A stretch of 64,000 nt of DNA from Candidatus Bathyarchaeota archaeon (GCA_963828195.1 CAWHDT010000005.1:128001-192000), one strand, 5' to 3'. Shown: positions 1 through 9,277, numbered from the stretch's first letter. Program-made: numbers and translations. Notes: generated from the sequence alone by a model not told the origin.

Positions 1-796
1 TAACTTCTGTGACGTAACTGTAGCCTGTTCCATTCCAAACTTCCAACGAGGGACAAGAACCCTGCCTAATGTAGTTTGTAACGGCGTAAGTTTGGCCTTC
101 CACGTTGAATGTTTGAGTAAGGCTGGTGCTTCCGTCATCCCAGCTTGAAAAGTCGTAGGAGACAAGCCCCCAACCTGCAACTTGAATTTGGCATACAGCG
201 GGAGCAGTAATTGTGTGAGGTCCAGCGGAGACCAGCGCGCTATATGGTGTTACTTCAGGGGTTCCATCTAAAGTGAACGAGAAACCTGAGGCGCTCGAAA
301 GATAATTCAGTGTGTATTCGCCTGTTGGAACTATGGTGAATTGATTGCTTTGGCTTCCAGCAGTTATCTGGTATGTTCCGAGGCTGCTCTCATTATATGA
401 TGCAGATACGGTGCCTGAAGCTCCGGCTGCAAGCTGAACTGGAACGCTTTGAGCAACTTGCCCATCTACGAAGAAAGGTAACAAATACGTGATGTTTGCG
501 AGACCAATGTTCTGGACATCCATAGTAACGTTGACCAGCTGCCCGGGCCACGCCTCAGTGTTTACCACGTTCAAGTTGGAGTAAATCAGCCCAAGAGGCG
601 AAGAAGAGGGCAAAGGCACAGGAGTAGGCGAAGGGGAAGGAGAAGGCGAGGGCGAAGAAGTCGGCTGCAACGTCGGCATCAGTTGACTTTGATAAAAATA
701 ATTTACCGTTACCAACGCGCCAAAAACTATTACGGCGAGAAGGATACCTGCTTGCAACTTACTAACGGCTGAGCGAGAGAGCCTTAATTTATTCAT
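1..796 (-). CDS. Secreted/surface protein with class III-like signal peptide, Ser/Pro linker and CARDB/Ig-like domain (3' end runs off window)
   Basis: Not in the ORF track. Read by hand from ATG at 796: MNKLRLSRSAVSKLQAGILLAVIVFGALVTVNIIF...SPSPSPSPTP...YSNLNVVNTEAWPGQLVNVTMDVQNIG...GSCPSLEVWNG; frame is open to the window edge. Confidence 0.8.
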   Translation of the reverse strand, partial: MNKLRLSRSAVSKLQAGILLAVIVFGALVTVNYFYQSQLMPTLQPTSSPSPSPSPSPTPVPLPSSSPLGLIYSNLNVVNTEAWPGQLVNVTMDVQNIGLANITYLLPFFVDGQVAQSVPVQLAAGASGTVSASYNESSLGTYQITAGSQSNQFTIVPTGEYTLNYLSSASGFSFTLDGTPEVTPYSALVSAGPHTITAPAVCQIQVAGWGLVSYDFSSWDDGSTSLTQTFNVEGQTYAVTNYIRQGSCPSLEVWNGTGYSYVTEV

Positions 797-1279
797 TGAT
801 TTCTATAGTTATGATAATTGTCTCATTTAACAATTTCTTTTTTCGGCAAACTGAGAACCCAGCCAACAGATACATCTGTTTCGCCAACTGACCTTCGCTA
901 AGCTTCCACGAACACACGCAGATATTTATGTTAGCTGCCGATTTTAACAATACTGCGAAAGTATCAACGGCGCCAATGAAGATAATTGCACGTTTGGATC
1001 GGGTTCAGCAAACTGCTGTTTCCCAAAGATGACTTAAAATTAAAATGCGTTCTGAGGTGCCAAAAACTTTTTCTTAGCCGCGAATGATGCCGCCCACAAA
1101 AAAGTGGCTTTAACGAATTTTGGGTTTTTTGCTTCGTTAACTTATTTGAACAAAATTGATGACGATTTTAGCCGAAATTAATCGTTTGTTTATAAGCAGC
1201 TTAGAAGATATTTTAATGTGGCTTAAGTCGCAATGCAAAGTCAAGGGGAAGGCTAGGTTTGATATCGGATAACAAAATT

Positions 1280-1396
1280 ATGTTTGGAGAAACTTATAAG
1301 TGCAGAATTTGTTCAGCGAAATTTGCTAATCCTGAAGAACTAAGAATCCACCGTATGGTTAGCCACAAAGGCCACATGCTCATCATCAAACGTTAA
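1280..1396 (+). CDS. 38-aa single C2H2 zinc-finger microprotein
   Basis: MFGETYKCRICSAKFANPEELRIHRMVSHKGHMLIIKR has the canonical Y-x-C-x2-C-x3-F-x5-L-x2-H-x4-H spacing; ends 15 bp before the next ORF. Confidence 0.75.
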   Translation: MFGETYKCRICSAKFANPEELRIHRMVSHKGHMLIIKR

Positions 1397-1411
1397 GGCT
1401 GCACGTATATT

Positions 1412-1732
1412 ATGTCCAAGACTTCTCAAGCTCTAGCATGCTGGTTCATCCGAGACGGCGCGAAATTGGTGCAGTGCAGCAAAGACGATTTTGACAAAGC
1501 CATCGCTGAAGGAAAAAGCGTGAAGTACCGTGGCTACGCGAACAAAAAAAGTGAACACATAGCGGATCAGTTGGAGGAGTCCCGAATGGCATTTCTAAGC
1601 AACCCAGAGTGTCCCCCGAAATTCCGAGAAGTAATAACAAATCCGAGAAATGTCGTTGAAGTCCAGATAATACTGGTTGATGACCCCCAGTTTTGGCAGA
1701 GAGAGTCCAAGCGAACCAAATACCACGAATGA
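1412..1732 (+). CDS. Hypothetical protein (106 aa)
   Basis: ATG-started ORF with protein-like composition, co-oriented directly after the zinc-finger ORF. Confidence 0.6.
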   Translation: MSKTSQALACWFIRDGAKLVQCSKDDFDKAIAEGKSVKYRGYANKKSEHIADQLEESRMAFLSNPECPPKFREVITNPRNVVEVQIILVDDPQFWQRESKRTKYHE

Positions 1733-2008
1733 AACAAATTTTTTGTTTGGTTCAGCAGTATCCCAAAGAGGATTCAGGTTTTGTGAGCCTAAAACCCAGA
1801 GAGAAATCGCTGACTTCCTCTGCACCACCGAGGTTTTAATTAGAAAATCATACAACAGTTGGTTGAACGAGTTTCCACAGTTCTTCACAGATTTAACAAT
1901 AAAAATGTAGGACAGGTTAGCGAAGAAAAACCTCTTGGGCCTCGGTCGGGGGACCTGAAATTTTTGCGCTGAGAAGCTAAAAACCGATTGCGGGTATGAA
2001 TGGCGGGT

Positions 2009-2338
2009 TCAGTTAATCGTGACGTCGGAGAAAAGGGGGTAAATATTTGTTGCAGGTGGATTGCTGCTTTTCGTTTGGATACTTACCCCTGTAAGATTGC
2101 TCTCAACTGCCATGCAACTTTCAAATATTATGCCTCTTTTAGTTTTGTTAAAATAGGCGATTAACGCAAACTCGACAATTCCGCCGTTCACACTAACAAG
2201 AATGTAGGACCATTCGCCCAAAGCAGGGAAAATAATCACGTAAATAACGATGTTTAACATGAAAACGCTTAAGCCTATAACATTATATTTTATGTAACGC
2301 AAAGCCCATTTTTTAAAGATTAATCTAAACTGGCCCAT
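2009..2338 (-). CDS. Small GtrA-like two-TM membrane protein
   Basis: RYIKYNVIG start resembles the GtrA 'RFIKFxxVG' pattern; paralogue at 50671-50940. Confidence 0.6.
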   Translation of the reverse strand: MGQFRLIFKKWALRYIKYNVIGLSVFMLNIVIYVIIFPALGEWSYILVSVNGGIVEFALIAYFNKTKRGIIFESCMAVESNLTGVSIQTKSSNPPATNIYPLFSDVTIN

Positions 2339-2612
2339 GCTCCCTCATCTCCACCAATGCAGTAACAGTGCATGACTCCATTAATAATTTTTGGCGTAAC
2401 CGCTCAGACTGCCCAGTCTTTCTAACTTTGCAAAGCCAACCGTGAAATAAAAAATACAGCTTAACCGTACTCCCATGATAAGGGTTTCAGCGCTTCAACA
2501 AAGAAGCCAAGCCAGCGAACCCCTTAAGAATTAAAAATCAAATAAAACATCACCGATATTTGATTTTCACCGCATAACCTAAATAAACCATTTTCCCTTA
2601 TCCACCTTCACC

Positions 2613-3146
2613 TTGAACCCAGAAAAAGTTGTATTCCCCGATTCTGCAGGTTTTCGATGCAAAAACTGCGGTGTCTGCTGCCATATGCAGCCGCCTGAAG
2701 TAGATGCGGTGGAGCGGAAACAGATAGAAGCAAAAGGGGTGAGAGATTTTTGCGATGCGCCTGACGAGACAGGGCTTGTTTGGATACGCAGTAAAAAAGA
2801 CGGCGGATGTTTCTTTCTAACAAAAAACAATAGATGCTCAATCTATGAAGTAAGACCTGCAATATGCAGGCTCGAACCCTTCACCATAGCCGACTACGAT
2901 TACGAGAAAAACAGGATAGAGCTGGAGTTAGATTTTCCGTTTTCAAGCTGCTGCGCAGGCAGCTGCGGTGAAAAAGAAATATTGCGCATCGAAGAAATCG
3001 CCAAAGCGGCTCAAACGGTTGTTCAGAAAATTTCAGCGTTGACCGCCAAAGACATGAATCTCGCGGTGACGGATAAGCGGGTTCAGTCTGAAACGCGGTC
3101 GAGGCTGCTGCGAAGAAGAATAGAACTTGCAGACCTGCAATTTTAG
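2613..3146 (+). CDS. YkgJ-family (CxxCxxCC) putative Zn/Fe-S cluster protein
   Basis: FRCKNCGVCC, GGCFFL, RCSIYEVRPAICRLEPF motifs. Confidence 0.85.
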   Translation: MNPEKVVFPDSAGFRCKNCGVCCHMQPPEVDAVERKQIEAKGVRDFCDAPDETGLVWIRSKKDGGCFFLTKNNRCSIYEVRPAICRLEPFTIADYDYEKNRIELELDFPFSSCCAGSCGEKEILRIEEIAKAAQTVVQKISALTAKDMNLAVTDKRVQSETRSRLLRRRIELADLQF

Positions 3147-3218
3147 TTAACGGAGCAAGCCGTACCAAGGGATTCAAGCAATCTATTTTAGATATGAAGA
3201 ATACTTCAACTGGATTAA

Positions 3219-3992
3219 ATGAGTAAAGATAAATCGATCTTGAGATTGAATTTGGCGGCGGTTAACCAATCTCTCTGTCATGTAGAGAAAAATTGGAAAA
3301 AGATTGATGACGAATTAGATTTAAAAAAGATCGGGAGAAAGGACACCTTCAACGCCGACGTCAGGATGAAAATGATGAGTGCCTATGGGTTGCTTGACGA
3401 TTTGCTTGACAAAGGGGTTGAGCCATTCTCGATTGAAAGTCTGGAAGACATATGTGAATTAAATAATTTGGTCCATTATGGATTAGATTCTAGGTTAAGG
3501 CTGGAATACAATAAGGCAATTAGGGCTAATGAAGAAAAATACTTCAGAAACATTGATCCCATAATAAAATACTATGAAAACCACATGAAGAAAGAGCCGC
3601 ATCCCTTGAAAGTAGCGTCAGAAGTGTATGTCGCAGTGCTGGGTCACCCGCAACTATTCATCGAAGGCAACCACCGCACAGGCAACCTAATCTCCAGCTG
3701 GATCAACATGTACTACGGATATCCCCCGTTCGTGCTCAGCGAAAAAAACGCGATCCCATACTTCAAACCGTCCGCCGACATCAAAAAGTTTGCAGATAAG
3801 AGCACTTGGAGAGGAAGATCACGCCTTCCAAAATATCGGAAATCATTTAAAGAATTTTGGGAAAAATACATAGATTGGAAATACGTTTTGAAAGATTCTG
3901 AAAGTAAAAATGTGAAAGATCAAGTGGGTGGCGAAGCAGATTCTTTCTTTATGTGGTGGAAAACACATCAAAAAAGCGGTAACTCGGAATGA
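3219..3992 (+). CDS. Fic/Fido-like domain protein with variant active-site motif
   Basis: HPQLFIEGNHRTG resembles the Fic HxFx(D/E)GNGR motif. Confidence 0.7.
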   Translation: MSKDKSILRLNLAAVNQSLCHVEKNWKKIDDELDLKKIGRKDTFNADVRMKMMSAYGLLDDLLDKGVEPFSIESLEDICELNNLVHYGLDSRLRLEYNKAIRANEEKYFRNIDPIIKYYENHMKKEPHPLKVASEVYVAVLGHPQLFIEGNHRTGNLISSWINMYYGYPPFVLSEKNAIPYFKPSADIKKFADKSTWRGRSRLPKYRKSFKEFWEKYIDWKYVLKDSESKNVKDQVGGEADSFFMWWKTHQKSGNSE

Positions 3993-4252
3993 ATTTGCTT
4001 TTAACGAGTTAGATGGTTCTGATCAGATTTGTAACATCAAAACTTTTTGACTTGGAAAGTTCCAGCAGTTGAGAAAACAGGGATACCGATTGGCAAGGGA
4101 ATAAGCTCATTTTATATCCTGATCTCTTTTACGGGAGTTTGTGACTAAATTTATTATCAGAATGTGTTCGAAACGACAGAAGCAAATGCTGTTTGTCTAA
4201 TTGGAGTATCTTTATTTTTATCGTTAACATATCTGTAGTTTAAGAAACAACG

Positions 4253-4441
4253 ATGGATTACCAACTAGTAGTAAGACTTTCTGGAATTGCTGTTTTAGAC
4301 GTTATTCTACTGTATGCAGCTTTTTTATATTACGATAAAAATCAAACAATTTCGTTTGTTTCATTGCTCATGGCGGTAATTGTTACTTTAGCTTACGTGC
4401 TTTCAACACTATTTTTTAAGAATGCGCAAAAGCAACCCTAA
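4253..4441 (+). CDS. Small two-TM membrane protein
   Basis: 62 aa with two hydrophobic helices. Confidence 0.55.
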   Translation: MDYQLVVRLSGIAVLDVILLYAAFLYYDKNQTISFVSLLMAVIVTLAYVLSTLFFKNAQKQP

Positions 4442-4487
4442 TATGAGGGAATGCGCCAAAGCTTTTAAACAATCGGTAGCCATATCA

Positions 4488-4823
4488 ATGTCGAGGGAAA
4501 TTGAAACGTTCTGTCCTTCATGCGGCAAACAAGTCAATGAAAACGATAATTTTTGTCCATATTGCGCCACACCGTTACACGTTCAAAATCAACCGATGCA
4601 ACAAGCTTCGTCGCCAACTCAGCCGTCATCGCCACCTATTTATACGAGCGTTCCGCCAAAAACAGAGAATATTTCTAACGCATGGTTTCTTGTTCCGCTA
4701 ATTTTCAGTATTGTCGGAGGCTTCGTTGCTTACTGGTTGCTGAGGAAACGGGATCCAAATAAAGCAAAGCTGATGATTGGAGTCGGCGCTATAGTTTTCA
4801 TTATTGAGATTCTGCTGATATAA
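4488..4823 (+). CDS. Zinc-ribbon membrane protein
   Basis: FCPSCG...FCPYC, then a Pro/Gln linker and two C-terminal TM helices; start moved to ATG 4488 behind a TTTTAAA box. Confidence 0.8.
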   Translation: MSREIETFCPSCGKQVNENDNFCPYCATPLHVQNQPMQQASSPTQPSSPPIYTSVPPKTENISNAWFLVPLIFSIVGGFVAYWLLRKRDPNKAKLMIGVGAIVFIIEILLI

Positions 4824-4969
4824 GCCGCCAATTTTCCAAGCAACGCTCGTTTTGAAACTCCCTGCGTCGAAGACTGGTTTGAAAAATGAAGACAACAGTG
4901 TAGAAAGGATCAAAAAGAGGGAAACTGAAGGTTCACTCGGGCTTTGGGTTGGCCCTGTTTTCGCTCTTC

Positions 4970-5599
4970 TTAACTTGGTTCTTGGAACAGCGAGTCTGGA
5001 AGCGAAGGATTAATTTGGATGTTGGTGAACGTCGCCGTGTCTCCCGCGTTGGGTTGTCCACTTGGGATTGTGTAGGTGAAACTTCCTGAGCCGCCATAGT
5101 ATTCTAGCATGTTAACGTACACTCCTGCCGTTGATTGTACAGTGGACGAGATGTCTGCGTATTCAGTGGAAATGTCTGTCCATTGGCCGTTTTGGTATAT
5201 CCAAGCCTTTTGTTGGCCTCCATTTATAATGTATATAATGGTGCCGCTTGAAGGCGTTGTCGCCACCCAATACAAATCTACACTAGATGTCCCGAGATTT
5301 TTGGTAGCATAATACAACGTGCCCAGTACCGTACCGTTAGCAGCAGTGTCTGTCTCATTAAACTCGTAACTGGTTGCCGTTGCTATTTTGCTAGTTGAGG
5401 TTGAAGTAGGTGAAGATGTAGGTGTTGCCGATGACGAAGGTTTAGGCGTTGTAGAGCTGCTCGGGCTGGTTCCGCTGCTGCGTGTAGCCAAATAGACGCC
5501 GACTCCCACCACGATGACTGCGATGACAATTATGACGACTATAATTATCGCGCTTATTCCACGCAAGCTTTTTTTATTTAATATTTTTCTCTCGACCAT
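4970..5599 (-). CDS. Secreted protein with class III (archaeal prepilin-type) signal peptide
   Basis: KKSLRG|ISAIIIVV... cleavage-like motif, hydrophobic helix, Ser/Thr linker, C-terminal LPDSLF motif. Confidence 0.8.
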   Translation of the reverse strand: MVERKILNKKSLRGISAIIIVVIIVIAVIVVGVGVYLATRSSGTSPSSSTTPKPSSSATPTSSPTSTSTSKIATATSYEFNETDTAANGTVLGTLYYATKNLGTSSVDLYWVATTPSSGTIIYIINGGQQKAWIYQNGQWTDISTEYADISSTVQSTAGVYVNMLEYYGGSGSFTYTIPSGQPNAGDTATFTNIQINPSLPDSLFQEPS

Positions 5600-5969
5600 T
5601 TTTAATTCCCCATCATAATATTGTTTGCAACCAAGTGCATGTTAGCATCAAAGTTTTCAAGTTCCTTGAAAAACACGCTTGATGCTATCACTATTTGTTA
5701 TGTTGTAATTAGTTAATAGCGTATGTTGCTATCATACCACAGTCACAAGACATCAGATAGGAATTAACGACATTCTTATCAACAAAAGTTGCAGTCCCTG
5801 CTGCCTGCCAACAATAGTTGAACCAGAAGTAGGCTAATTACGATTCAGACAATTAAAAATTTCAACCAGGAACCAATCCGCAATAAATGGGTTATGGCTG
5901 GTGTTGGTCGTAACCAACCTTAGGGCTTTATTTAGGGTCCACGCTCACACTATCTAATCTCTAGGCTTA

Positions 5970-6540
5970 CTATTGCAGGCTGGTAGGAGCTTTCTCTGCA
6001 AAAGGAGTATTGTTTTTAGAGGCAAATATTAGGTCATGCATTAAATTGAAATTTGAGTCTTTAGCAAACCGGTTTTTTATGAATTCTGAAAAATAGTTGC
6101 CGGTTAATTCTTGGACCTTTTTTTCGTCGCTGACGTATTTTAGGTGCAGCAGTTCATGTATCAACGCGGCTCGTGCTCTGTTGCCGACGAATGTAAACAG
6201 GTAGTCTTTTCCGTATTTCTTTCGGAACGCATAGCAGAAGTTGAAGGTTTTGGGGTAAATGCGGATTCGGCCCCTGAAAGTGTCGCATCTGCCGACGATG
6301 TTGAACCCGTTTTTTCTGCGAGCGGGAAAAACAGCGATATCCACGGTGTTAACGGTTTTTTCCCTCAATGTTTTCTACTGAAAGCATAGAGCTTAGAAAT
6401 TCTTGGAAGGAAGATTTTCTTAACGCTTTCAAAGTAAAGCGGGAATAATTTTTGTAAAAACCAGAATGCTTAGAGAAAGATTTGTCATATTCAAGAGCTA
6501 TGTTTATTTTGTCATAGAGCACCAAGTTTTGTTGTAGCAT
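5970..6540 (-). pseudogene. Frameshifted HExxH (zincin-like) protein split into two overlapping ORFs
   Basis: ORFs 6349-6540 and 5970-6368 join at GAGGGAAAAAACC (minus strand); deleting one base gives a continuous ~190-aa reading frame containing ALIHELLH. Confidence 0.6.
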
Positions 6541-6553
6541 ACTTATCGAAGGT

Positions 6554-6760
6554 TTACAGTGGATTAGTTTGCACTAGAAAAACGCTGTTCTTGTTCATCT
6601 TGGAGGGAGAACGTGTGAATCCATACGAATTGGCACAAGCATCCAGTCGGTGACTAGCAGAACACCTGATTCCAACAGTCTGCCCATTTTGCGAAATCCA
6701 AACAATTCGCCCCATTCGAGTACACTGAGGGCACTGCGCATAATCGCCGACAGTTACCAT
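6554..6760 (-). CDS. Small Zn-ribbon-like protein
   Basis: CPQC...CSASH in 68 aa; 13 bp upstream of the HExxH gene. Confidence 0.65.
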   Translation of the reverse strand: MVTVGDYAQCPQCTRMGRIVWISQNGQTVGIRCSASHRLDACANSYGFTRSPSKMNKNSVFLVQTNPL

Positions 6761-7241
6761 GTTAAAGCCTCGGTTCTTGTCATATTACGCGTACAGCCAC
6801 TATGTGTAGCTGAGTTTGATTCAACAAAATTTTTCCCTAAACTAAATCTTAACATGTACATTTTTTTCCCCTCTATCTTTTGAAAAGTAAGCCAGTAACC
6901 CAAACCCACGCGAGCGCAAAAGAGACTTTTCATCTATAACATAGTCTACTCTGCTTATAAACAAACGTTAAAAAAAATCCTTGTTCTCAACAAAATTCAT
7001 TAAATAAAATGTTCGTTGTCTCTACATTTTCTGGTTCTCCAAAGCGCCCTGCACAAAATATTTCAAAAACAACAATACGTGACGTCTTTTTTCCAGATGT
7101 TTTGAGAAGCATAAGGTGGTGTTATGTTGGTTGTAACCGTAGACTATAAAAAAACATTTGGTTCTCGTTGGCTTGAATCGAGCGCATCCTTATATAAGTC
7201 TTCGAAATTTTAAAGTTACAAGTTAAATTAGAGGTTAAGTT

Positions 7242-7961
7242 ATGGCTGCATTTGCACAACCAGGCGCATATGATTATGCAAACACCGTTTTCTCCCCAGA
7301 TGGACGGCTCTACCAAGTTGAATATGCCCGAGAACTAGTTAATCGCGGCGGCACCATTATAGGCATCAAATGTGCAGAAGGCGTCGTTCTGGCTTCAGAA
7401 GAAAACAGCGAAAACTTCGAAGAAACAGACCACTCATGGAAAATTTTTAAAATCGACGAACACATCGCAACAGCCATAGTAGGCTTAAGTTCCGACGCAA
7501 GAGTGCTAATTGACCACGCACGCCTCAGTGCCCAAAGCAACAAACTAGCCTATGATGAACCCATCGATGCAGATGCCTTAACCCAAAAAATATGCAACAT
7601 CCAACAAACCTACACACAACAAGGCGGGGGACGACCCTTCGGCGTCGCCATGATCATAGGCGGAGTAGACAAAACAGGCGCACACATACTTCGAACTCAC
7701 CCGAGCGGAAACTACACGGGATACAAAGCCACCGCAATAGGCGCAGGAACAGAAACAGTTCTGCCAATGCTGCAAGACGCCTACCGAGAAGACTTAACAC
7801 TTGAAAACTGCATAAAACTCGCAGTAAAATGCCTACTAAAAACCCTAAAAGAACGGGAGCTCCCCCCAAAAATAACGATTGCCACAATACCTACCGCAAC
7901 AAAAAAACTGGATATGCTATCTGACAAAGCGGTAGAAGGCTACATCAAAGAGACTTCTTAA
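7242..7961 (+). CDS. psmA: Proteasome alpha subunit (stand-alone, probably a paralogue)
   Basis: YDxxxTVFSPDGRLYQVEYA alpha signature; GGTIIGIK; KIFKIDEHI; YTQQGGGRPFGVA; upstream TTATATAA box. Confidence 0.93.
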   Translation: MAAFAQPGAYDYANTVFSPDGRLYQVEYARELVNRGGTIIGIKCAEGVVLASEENSENFEETDHSWKIFKIDEHIATAIVGLSSDARVLIDHARLSAQSNKLAYDEPIDADALTQKICNIQQTYTQQGGGRPFGVAMIIGGVDKTGAHILRTHPSGNYTGYKATAIGAGTETVLPMLQDAYREDLTLENCIKLAVKCLLKTLKERELPPKITIATIPTATKKLDMLSDKAVEGYIKETS

Positions 7962-8124
7962 CTCCAAAAAGCTGTTTCTTTACGTGTTTCTTGTTAAAAA
8001 CAGAGGCGATTAGACCAAAAGGCAGTATGCTTGCTCCACCGAGTTATCGCTTCTAAAAATGGGCTGGTGATACTCAACAGTTATAGTTCACAGGGAAAAA
8101 TTATTAGAACAACCTGTTACACAT

Positions 8125-8382
8125 ATGTTCTTTATGAACAAATCAGAAGCTTTAGTGGTGTTGAGTGAGATTCGTGATGCCTTAAAGAAAGCGGAGGTCT
8201 CAAGCTGTGTTTCCCTCGATAACTCACAGGTATCTCACGTATCAACCGGCGGGTACGAAATAAAAATGAAATGCGAATTTGACAGCGTATCAAGGGATAT
8301 CATAAACGTCATACTGAAAAGAAATGCATTATACATGAAAGAACAAAACGGCTACGTAATTTTACGTTCCCTCAAAGACTAG
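8125..8382 (+). CDS. Hypothetical protein (~82-85 aa)
   Basis: ORF with an upstream AAAAATTATTA promoter-like element. Confidence 0.6.
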   Translation: MFFMNKSEALVVLSEIRDALKKAEVSSCVSLDNSQVSHVSTGGYEIKMKCEFDSVSRDIINVILKRNALYMKEQNGYVILRSLKD

Positions 8383-8468
8383 TATGAAGTGACGAGCAAA
8401 CTCGCCTTTTTAATCGCATAACATTTCAGCCAAGTCATGTTGGTCCTGCGCATAGAGGCATCTTTTTG

Positions 8469-8562
8469 TGGGCGTGGTGTGTTGGTTGCAACCCGCCTTC
8501 TGTTATCTGTGGCATTCGGCTAATCGGGCTACCCACGCCTTCCGGTAGAAGCTTCATCAGGC
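8469..8562 (-). repeat. Direct-repeat copy of the 3' ~92 nt of the RNase P RNA gene (att-like site)
   Basis: Hand alignment to 13578-13669 shows about 7 differences in 94 nt, same orientation. Confidence 0.92.
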
Positions 8563-8633
8563 TCTTCTCCATCTTAGTGATTAACCATAAAATTTATTTC
8601 TGTGGCAGAGAAATAAATTATCTGATAATAAAA

Positions 8634-8867
8634 ATGTCTGAAAAAGTAAAAGTTGGAATGCGCGGTCAACTGGTTATTCCAAAAAAGTTTCGCAAGAAAT
8701 ACAACATTGAAAATGGAATAATAGTTGAAATTGACGATACAGACAAAGGCTTACTTTTGAAACCGTTTGACCCAGTGGCTGAATTGAAAGGCATCGGAAA
8801 AGGCCTGTTTGGAGACCCAGTCAAATATCAAAAAAAGCTTCGCGAAGAATGGGACTCCGAGAAATGA
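8634..8867 (+). CDS. vapB: AbrB/MazE/SpoVT-family antitoxin
   Basis: MSEKVKVGMRGQLVIPKKFRKKYNIENG; ATGA overlap with the PIN gene; start set at ATG 8634. Confidence 0.88.
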   Translation: MSEKVKVGMRGQLVIPKKFRKKYNIENGIIVEIDDTDKGLLLKPFDPVAELKGIGKGLFGDPVKYQKKLREEWDSEK

Positions 8868-9277
8868 AGATTTGCTTAGACACCAACATTCTCATTTATT
8901 TTGTCGAAGGAGCCGAGCCTCAGGCGAGCAAAGTGGGGAAAATCCTTAGAGCATTTATGAAGGCTGAAGCGGAAGGAATCATTTCAACCATAACCGTAGG
9001 CGAAGTCTTAACAGGCGTCTACAAGTCAGAAGACAAAAGCAAACCCACAGTAGTAAAAAAGTTACTGAACGATTTAACTCTTAACAGCCTCAAAATAGTG
9101 CCCGTCACCTTTGAAATTGCAGACTTAGCCGCCGACCTTAGATCAAAAAGAGGCGGAAAACTCCCCGACGCCTTAATTGTCGCCACAGCACTCAACCAAA
9201 AAGCCGAAATAGTTTACTCACAGGATAAAGACCTGCAACGCTTCAACAAAGACGCAAAAATCTGTGAACTGCCATAA
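8864..9277 (+). CDS. vapC: PIN-domain toxin
   Basis: CLDTNILIY, ISTITVGEV, LPDALIVATA, YSQDKDL; the PIN acidic residues are present. Confidence 0.92.
   Translation: MKICLDTNILIYFVEGAEPQASKVGKILRAFMKAEAEGIISTITVGEVLTGVYKSEDKSKPTVVKKLLNDLTLNSLKIVPVTFEIADLAADLRSKRGGKLPDALIVATALNQKAEIVYSQDKDLQRFNKDAKICELP

Noticed and set aside
1935-1960. GC-rich TGGGCCTCGGTCGGGGGACC as a tRNA fragment
   Set aside because: No T-loop or CCA match and no cloverleaf could be folded
6345-6370. G-GGA-AAA as a programmed -1 frameshift site
   Set aside because: The downstream ORF is in the +1 frame, so -1 slippage would not join them
8466-8633. N-terminal extension of the AbrB antitoxin ORF
   Set aside because: It is a translation of the rnpB-derived repeat; the AbrB domain begins at ATG 8634
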